Source: Pseudobacteriovorax sp. (GTDB lineage Bacteria; Bdellovibrionota_B; Oligoflexia; Oligoflexales; Oligoflexaceae). Taken from it: a stretch of DNA of 13,244 nucleotides. The notes below the pieces were generated by a model. It made no database searches, had not been told where the DNA came from, and worked only from the letters and a program-made list of their open reading frames with translations. A program made the translations under genes and the position numbers. Location of the stretch: the NCBI GenBank assembly GCA_050293845.1, contig JBNKNM010000155.1, forward strand, positions 1 through 13,244. Reading direction: 5' to 3'. Shown here piece by piece: positions 9,063-13,244 of this stretch; within the stretch, counting starts at the first letter, position 1, and each line of letters opens with the position of its first letter.

Positions 9063-9950
9063 TCACTCAGAGCTCTGACTGGGGAGAGAATTGATCAAAA
9101 TATCAACAACGGCACTATTACTATTGGCCTCATCTTTATGCATATAGATACCATAGTCTTTAGCAATGAGACTGAATGGAAGTTTTTCTAATACTACCAG
9201 ATGTTTTCGGTATCGATCAGCATCTAAAAAAGTACGGGCTAGGAAAGTAGTTCCCACTCCTTCTTTTACCAGCTGCATTTGCAGGGCTATGTCATTGATT
9301 TCCCACACATCTTGAAAATAGTCACGGATTTTCTTTTTAGAAGGACGTGCAGTGGGATTATCCAACCATGAAGAAAGGAGTACGCTCTTCCTTAGAAAAC
9401 GTAGAGGATCATCTTTATAATGGCTGAGATAAGGATTTTTTTTTCCTGCAACCAAAAAGGATCGCTCTTGCATCAGCTTTAACTTAAATAAGCCGTCCAT
9501 ATTACTCTGAAACGGACCCACTCCAATCGCCATCTGTCGCGCTTTTACTGCGTGTACGATTTCACGCGCTGGAAGGCGGTTTAATCTGATCTGGGCTTCT
9601 GGTAGCGATTGATGTAAATTTCGCACTAAGTCGACGGCAAAGTAATGGGCCATCAGGTGATCCATAGCGATGTCGAATTTCTGTAAAAAGCCTCGTTTGA
9701 ATCGGGCTAATTGACTTTGAAAGTTTAGCTCGCTACCCACCACACTTTTTGCGTGTTTGAGCAATTCCATCCCGATGGGAGTCAGTTGAATAGGGTTTGC
9801 TCGTATAACCAACAGTTCCCCGATCTTACGTTCTAAATTTTTTAAGGATTGACTTACAGCTGGCTGGGTGAGGTGTAGCTTTTTTGCAGCGCGAAGAAAC
9901 CCTCCCTCTTCATAGATTGTCAGCAAAACTTTTAGCTCTTGGATTTCCAT
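9063..9950 (-). CDS. LysR-family transcriptional regulator
   Basis: HTH motif GGFLRAAKKLHLTQPAVSQSLKNLERKIG...LTPIG. Start reassigned to ATG 9950 (MEIQELKVL, 295 aa) with AAGGA 8 nt upstream; the ORF-track extension to 10001 is AT-rich promoter DNA. Confidence 0.93.
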   Translation of the reverse strand: MEIQELKVLLTIYEEGGFLRAAKKLHLTQPAVSQSLKNLERKIGELLVIRANPIQLTPIGMELLKHAKSVVGSELNFQSQLARFKRGFLQKFDIAMDHLMAHYFAVDLVRNLHQSLPEAQIRLNRLPAREIVHAVKARQMAIGVGPFQSNMDGLFKLKLMQERSFLVAGKKNPYLSHYKDDPLRFLRKSVLLSSWLDNPTARPSKKKIRDYFQDVWEINDIALQMQLVKEGVGTTFLARTFLDADRYRKHLVVLEKLPFSLIAKDYGIYMHKDEANSNSAVVDILINSLPSQSSE

Positions 9951-9989
9951 ATAATCAATCCTTATAGATATATAATAAATATCAATTAT
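9950..9989. promoter_or_regulatory. Two LysR-type T-N11-A dyad boxes (ATAA-N7-TTAT) in the divergent lysR / citrate synthase intergenic region
   Basis: TATAA-tcaatcc-TTATA at 9950-9966 and ATAA-atatcaa-TTAT at 9975-9989. Confidence 0.6.
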
Positions 9990-10052
9990 ATTTATAATCA
10001 TTTTTTCCCGATAATCAAACTTGAAACAAGATAAACTGGATCAGAAAAGGAA

Positions 10053-11177
10053 TTGATTTTGATAAAAGAAAACATACACCGTGGTCTAACTGATATTTAT
10101 GTTGATACCACCGAAATTTCACTAGTAAATGGCAATGAGGGAAAACTGATCTATCGTGGCTATCCCATAGAAACTCTGGTGCATCAGCCTTTCCTAAAGG
10201 TGGCTTATCTTCTCTTACAAGGAGTTTGGCCTGAGGATCAGGAACTCTTAGAGTTTACAAAAATTTTCAAACTGTCCGGTACTCTGAGTCGATCTGATAT
10301 CCATATAATCAATGCCTTACCTACGAATTTACATCCCATACGAGTTTTGCAGGGACTGGTGCCTCTTTTTGAAGAGAGACAGCAAGATTCTGTCGAGGAG
10401 CAGGGGATCAATTTGATCGCTAAAATTCATATGGCACTTGCAGCTTACTATCGTAAATCAAAAGATTTACCTATTTTAGACGCTCAACCTGATCTCGATT
10501 TATTAGATAATTTTTTTTACTGCTTTCACGGTCGTCAGCCTAGCAGTGATGAAAGCAATATTTTTCGCGTCACTCAGATCATACAAATGGAACATGGTTT
10601 TAATGCTAGTACCTTTGTCACAAGATCGGTGGCTAGTACGCTGGCAAGTATACCTGCAGCAATTGCTGCAGGTATAGGAACTTTATCGGGTTCGCTCCAT
10701 GGTGGCGCTGATGAAGCTGCCTTAAGAATGGCCAAAGACATTCCCCATATAAGTGAAGTTGATCCCTATATTCGGAGAAATTTAGCAAATAAACAAAAAA
10801 TCATGGGTATGGGACATCGTGTTTATCGTGTGGTTGATCCTCGAGCCAATATCCTTAAACCTTTAGCTAGAAATTTGTGTTCCGGAAGTCCATTTGAGCA
10901 AGATTTTTTAATTTTAGAAGAAGTCGAGCGTGTAATGGAGAGCCTTATGAAGGCAAAAGGAAAAGCCATAAAGGCTAATGTCGAATTTTATAAGGGTGCT
11001 GTTCTCCAAGCTTTAGGATTTCCTATGGAATACTTTACTTCCCTATTTGCTTGCGCTCGTATATTTGGTTATGTGGCACATTTTTTGGAAAGCAGGAAGG
11101 ATAATAAATTGGTACGGCCTAAGGCCTATTATATAGGACAAAGACCCTCTAATGATTTTAACGGGGCAATTGAATAA
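10053..11177 (+). CDS. Citrate/2-methylcitrate synthase family protein (short type; NVEFY variant)
   Basis: GKLIYRGYPIE, EHGFNASTF, GSLHGGADE, MGMGHRVY..DPRA, NVEFY, FACARIFG and LVRP..Y motifs. The start is probably the in-frame TTG at 10059 (7 nt after AGGA). Confidence 0.92.
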   Translation: MILIKENIHRGLTDIYVDTTEISLVNGNEGKLIYRGYPIETLVHQPFLKVAYLLLQGVWPEDQELLEFTKIFKLSGTLSRSDIHIINALPTNLHPIRVLQGLVPLFEERQQDSVEEQGINLIAKIHMALAAYYRKSKDLPILDAQPDLDLLDNFFYCFHGRQPSSDESNIFRVTQIIQMEHGFNASTFVTRSVASTLASIPAAIAAGIGTLSGSLHGGADEAALRMAKDIPHISEVDPYIRRNLANKQKIMGMGHRVYRVVDPRANILKPLARNLCSGSPFEQDFLILEEVERVMESLMKAKGKAIKANVEFYKGAVLQALGFPMEYFTSLFACARIFGYVAHFLESRKDNKLVRPKAYYIGQRPSNDFNGAIE

Positions 11178-13068
11178 CAAATTTGGTCTGTGGGTATTCT
11201 TCATCAAGGTACAATTTGCCATTATGATGAGTCATAATTCCACCGGCTATGCTCAGCCCTAGCCCCTTGCTTTCAGTGTTATCTGTAGTGAAAAAGGGAT
11301 CAAAAATTTTATTGTGTACCGAGAAAGGAATTCCAGGTCCGCTATCAATGACGCTGATTTCAATTTGGGTGACTGTTTGACGATATTCGATGGTGATGAC
11401 CTTATTCTGGCTCTTGTTGAGTGCTTCGATTGAGTTGTTTATCAGAATCAGAAGGACTTGCATGATTTGTCCCTGGTTGCAATGGACATAAATATCGGTA
11501 ATGGGCTGTGTGATAAGTTTTATGCCAAGACTATTGAGCCGTTCCCGGCAAAGATCCAAAGCAAATTGTACTGTTTCTCTGATGTTGACTTCAGCGAATT
11601 GGGGCTTTCCTGTATCATCGTGTGAATATGCTTTCAAAGCATCAATAATTGATAATACTCGCTTTACTCCGCTATCGATTTTGCTTAAGGAAGTTTTAAA
11701 GTCGGATATATTTATATTGTTACTGCTGACCATAGCATTAAGTCGATATTGATGTCCGGCAATAATAGCTAGAGGATTATTTAGTTCTTGGGCCAGTCCG
11801 TTGGTTAAAGTGCCCAAAGAGGAAATTCTTTCTTTTTGATAGAGCTGATTGGGATCAATGCTAGTTGATTCCGGTATTTGTTGGGGAGTATGTTCTGTTC
11901 CTATAGTTGTAAGTGATGTTTTATTAACAGGATTATAGCACATTATAAAAATAGTAGAAAAGATAAAGTTATTGACAAGCAGTATTGTCATTAACTTAGA
12001 AATATATGTAATATCAACAGGGTAAAAGCTAGATTCCATTGCTACGACCGTTACTATAGCTACAGAAGTTGCAGCGAAAATCAATAGTGCTCCGGGAAGG
12101 TTATTTTTACTTTTTAAAATATGCATCACAGCTATAATCACAAATAGGCAGCCTGTAATAAGAGATAGTATTAGTAGTATAAAATTGGTAGTCTGAGGAA
12201 TATTTAAAAAAGTCGTAGGAAGAAGTAGTATGATAGCAAGACTCAATCTATATAATGCTACTTTCCCGTACTTTCCCATACTTTCTTTTGCGATCTTGTA
12301 GACAAATATTTGCAATAGGACGAGTGATAACCATAATAGTACTGAAATAGTGAAATGACTTATATTTGGAAAATTTGTCCAATAACTGAGAAAAATGATG
12401 CCATAAATTTTTCCCAAAATCATGGTAATCATCAAGTTTGCTGCCAATAACAAGAGATAGCTCCAACGATTCCAAAGGTAGGCTAGAAATCCAATTAATA
12501 GATTAGTTACCAATAAGCTTCCCCACAAGATACCGTCGATGGCTTTGTTTTTTTCCATGGATGTATAGAAGTTTCTTTGATCTTGAATTGATATTTTAAA
12601 GTTTTTGAAAAAAGGTTTGTATATACGAATTAAGAGTCTTATGCTTTCTTCTGGTTCTATTTGCAAAGGAATAGCGTAGCCAGCCATTCGCACTTGGTAG
12701 GAAAGTTCGGATAGGCTTACACCCTGTCGATATGTTTTTTTGATTGTTTCATCGCGATAAATGTAAAAATCAATTTCAGAAATAAGTGGGCTTTTTACCG
12801 TCAAAAAAAGTTTCGCTATTGAGGGTAGTTTGTTTGTGATGTTACAGTTAAACCAATTGTTCTGAGCATATTCCAGGCCTTTTGTTGGTATGTTGTTGAT
12901 TTTATTTAAAATATCGTCGGGATTAGCGATTCTCTCCAAAGTCATTGAATTACAATTTGTGGTTATTTCTTGTTTGTACTCGTAACGATCAATGCTAATA
13001 ATTGCTGTTGCAGGTGTGATCCAAGCAAGCAAAAGCGAAGCAGTTAGTATGAAATGCAATACTTTCAT
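11158..13068 (-). CDS. 7TM-DISM-like membrane sensor histidine kinase homolog with H-box His->Gln (probable pseudokinase)
   Basis: Signal peptide, ~150-aa extracellular domain (NNWF..I, P.ISEIDFYI), about 7 TM helices. ERISSLGTLTNGLAQELNNPL (canonical GIAHEINNPL), DSGPGI, IFDPFFTT, GLGL. AAGG SD 6 nt upstream. Confidence 0.88.
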   Translation of the reverse strand: MKVLHFILTASLLLAWITPATAIISIDRYEYKQEITTNCNSMTLERIANPDDILNKINNIPTKGLEYAQNNWFNCNITNKLPSIAKLFLTVKSPLISEIDFYIYRDETIKKTYRQGVSLSELSYQVRMAGYAIPLQIEPEESIRLLIRIYKPFFKNFKISIQDQRNFYTSMEKNKAIDGILWGSLLVTNLLIGFLAYLWNRWSYLLLLAANLMITMILGKIYGIIFLSYWTNFPNISHFTISVLLWLSLVLLQIFVYKIAKESMGKYGKVALYRLSLAIILLLPTTFLNIPQTTNFILLILSLITGCLFVIIAVMHILKSKNNLPGALLIFAATSVAIVTVVAMESSFYPVDITYISKLMTILLVNNFIFSTIFIMCYNPVNKTSLTTIGTEHTPQQIPESTSIDPNQLYQKERISSLGTLTNGLAQELNNPLAIIAGHQYRLNAMVSSNNINISDFKTSLSKIDSGVKRVLSIIDALKAYSHDDTGKPQFAEVNIRETVQFALDLCRERLNSLGIKLITQPITDIYVHCNQGQIMQVLLILINNSIEALNKSQNKVITIEYRQTVTQIEISVIDSGPGIPFSVHNKIFDPFFTTDNTESKGLGLSIAGGIMTHHNGKLYLDEEYPQTKFVIQLPR

Positions 13069-13094
13069 AATGAACCTTTTTCTATTCTGCGAGG

Positions 13095-13121
13095 TGATCG
13101 GTATATGAGAGTTTTATTTAA
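13095..13121 (-). promoter_or_regulatory. Sigma28-like promoter upstream of the 7TM kinase gene
   Basis: Minus strand TTAA-N15-ACCGATCA, ending 26 nt before ATG 13068. Confidence 0.45.
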
Positions 13122-13168
13122 TGCCAATAGCTGGGTAAAAATTTTCCAGGATGAGCTTGGTTAGCAAA

Positions 13169-13244
13169 GTCAATTACCCCCACCTAAAGGAGGGGGCTTG
13201 TGAGGTGACTCGCAAGGGAGACTAGTTGACCAGACCACTAGCAA
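13169..13244 (+). ncRNA. 5' part of an OMEGA omegaRNA / HEARO-like RNA at the end of an IS200/IS605-family (IscB/IsrB-type) element; truncated by the window end
   Basis: GTCAATTA (13169-13176) pairs with TAGTTGAC (13223-13230). This helix encloses hairpin CCCCCACC-TAAA-GGAGGGGG and hairpin CTTGTGAG-GTGA-CTCGCAAG (GNRA loop, G.U pair). It matches my recollection of the GTCAACTACCCC...CTAAAG...GGCTTG...GTTGACCAG start of IscB-associated RNAs. Abrupt rise in GC content. Confidence 0.78.

Noticed and set aside
9951..10001. 17-codon N-terminal extension of LysR in the ORF track
   Set aside because: Ile/Tyr-rich translation of AT-rich promoter DNA; the HTH and SD point to ATG 9950.
10007..10014. 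CCCGATAA, a sigma28 -10-like box upstream of the citrate synthase
   Set aside because: No TAAA/TTAA-like -35 at 15-nt spacing (ATAT found), so it was not called, though activator-dependent use cannot be excluded.
6712..12475. Short ORFs at 6712, 8430, 8653, 8825, 11501 and 12248
   Set aside because: Lie within or almost entirely within longer motif-bearing CDSs, in antisense or alternative frames.
13131..13149. Imperfect palindrome CTGG-gt-AAAAATTTT-CCAG
   Set aside because: Asymmetric and short; plausible by chance.
13177..13196. GC hairpin read as a Rho-independent terminator or REP
   Set aside because: No U-tract on either side, no gene ends here, and it is nested within a larger omegaRNA/IS-end-like fold.
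1..13244. CRISPR array, tRNA, rRNA or transposase ORF
   Set aside because: No regularly spaced direct repeats, cloverleaf or rRNA signatures, or transposase motifs seen within the window.

Overview
AT-rich bacterial window, probably from a Bdellovibrionota/Oligoflexia-like organism (inferred from the MCP signature [18 protein letters not shown] and the HAMP-less receptor). The left half is a compact minus-strand chemotaxis operon: cheA (no P2 domain), cheW, an MCP, and a single CheR-REC-CheB fusion whose receiver Asp appears replaced by Glu. It follows a sigma28-like promoter, and there is no cheY in the window. Next come a membrane histidine kinase with a degenerate G2 box, a fibrinogen-like (YCDxxxxGGGW) lipoprotein, a divergent LysR / citrate synthase-family pair (catalytic Asp->Glu), and a 7TM-DISM-like histidine kinase whose phospho-acceptor His is Gln. 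The last 76 nt form a structured multi-hairpin element resembling the 5' end of an IS200/IS605-family OMEGA omegaRNA (HEARO; IscB/IsrB). It sits about 100 bp upstream of the pseudokinase and is cut off by the window edge. All calls come from reading motifs by eye; no searches were run.
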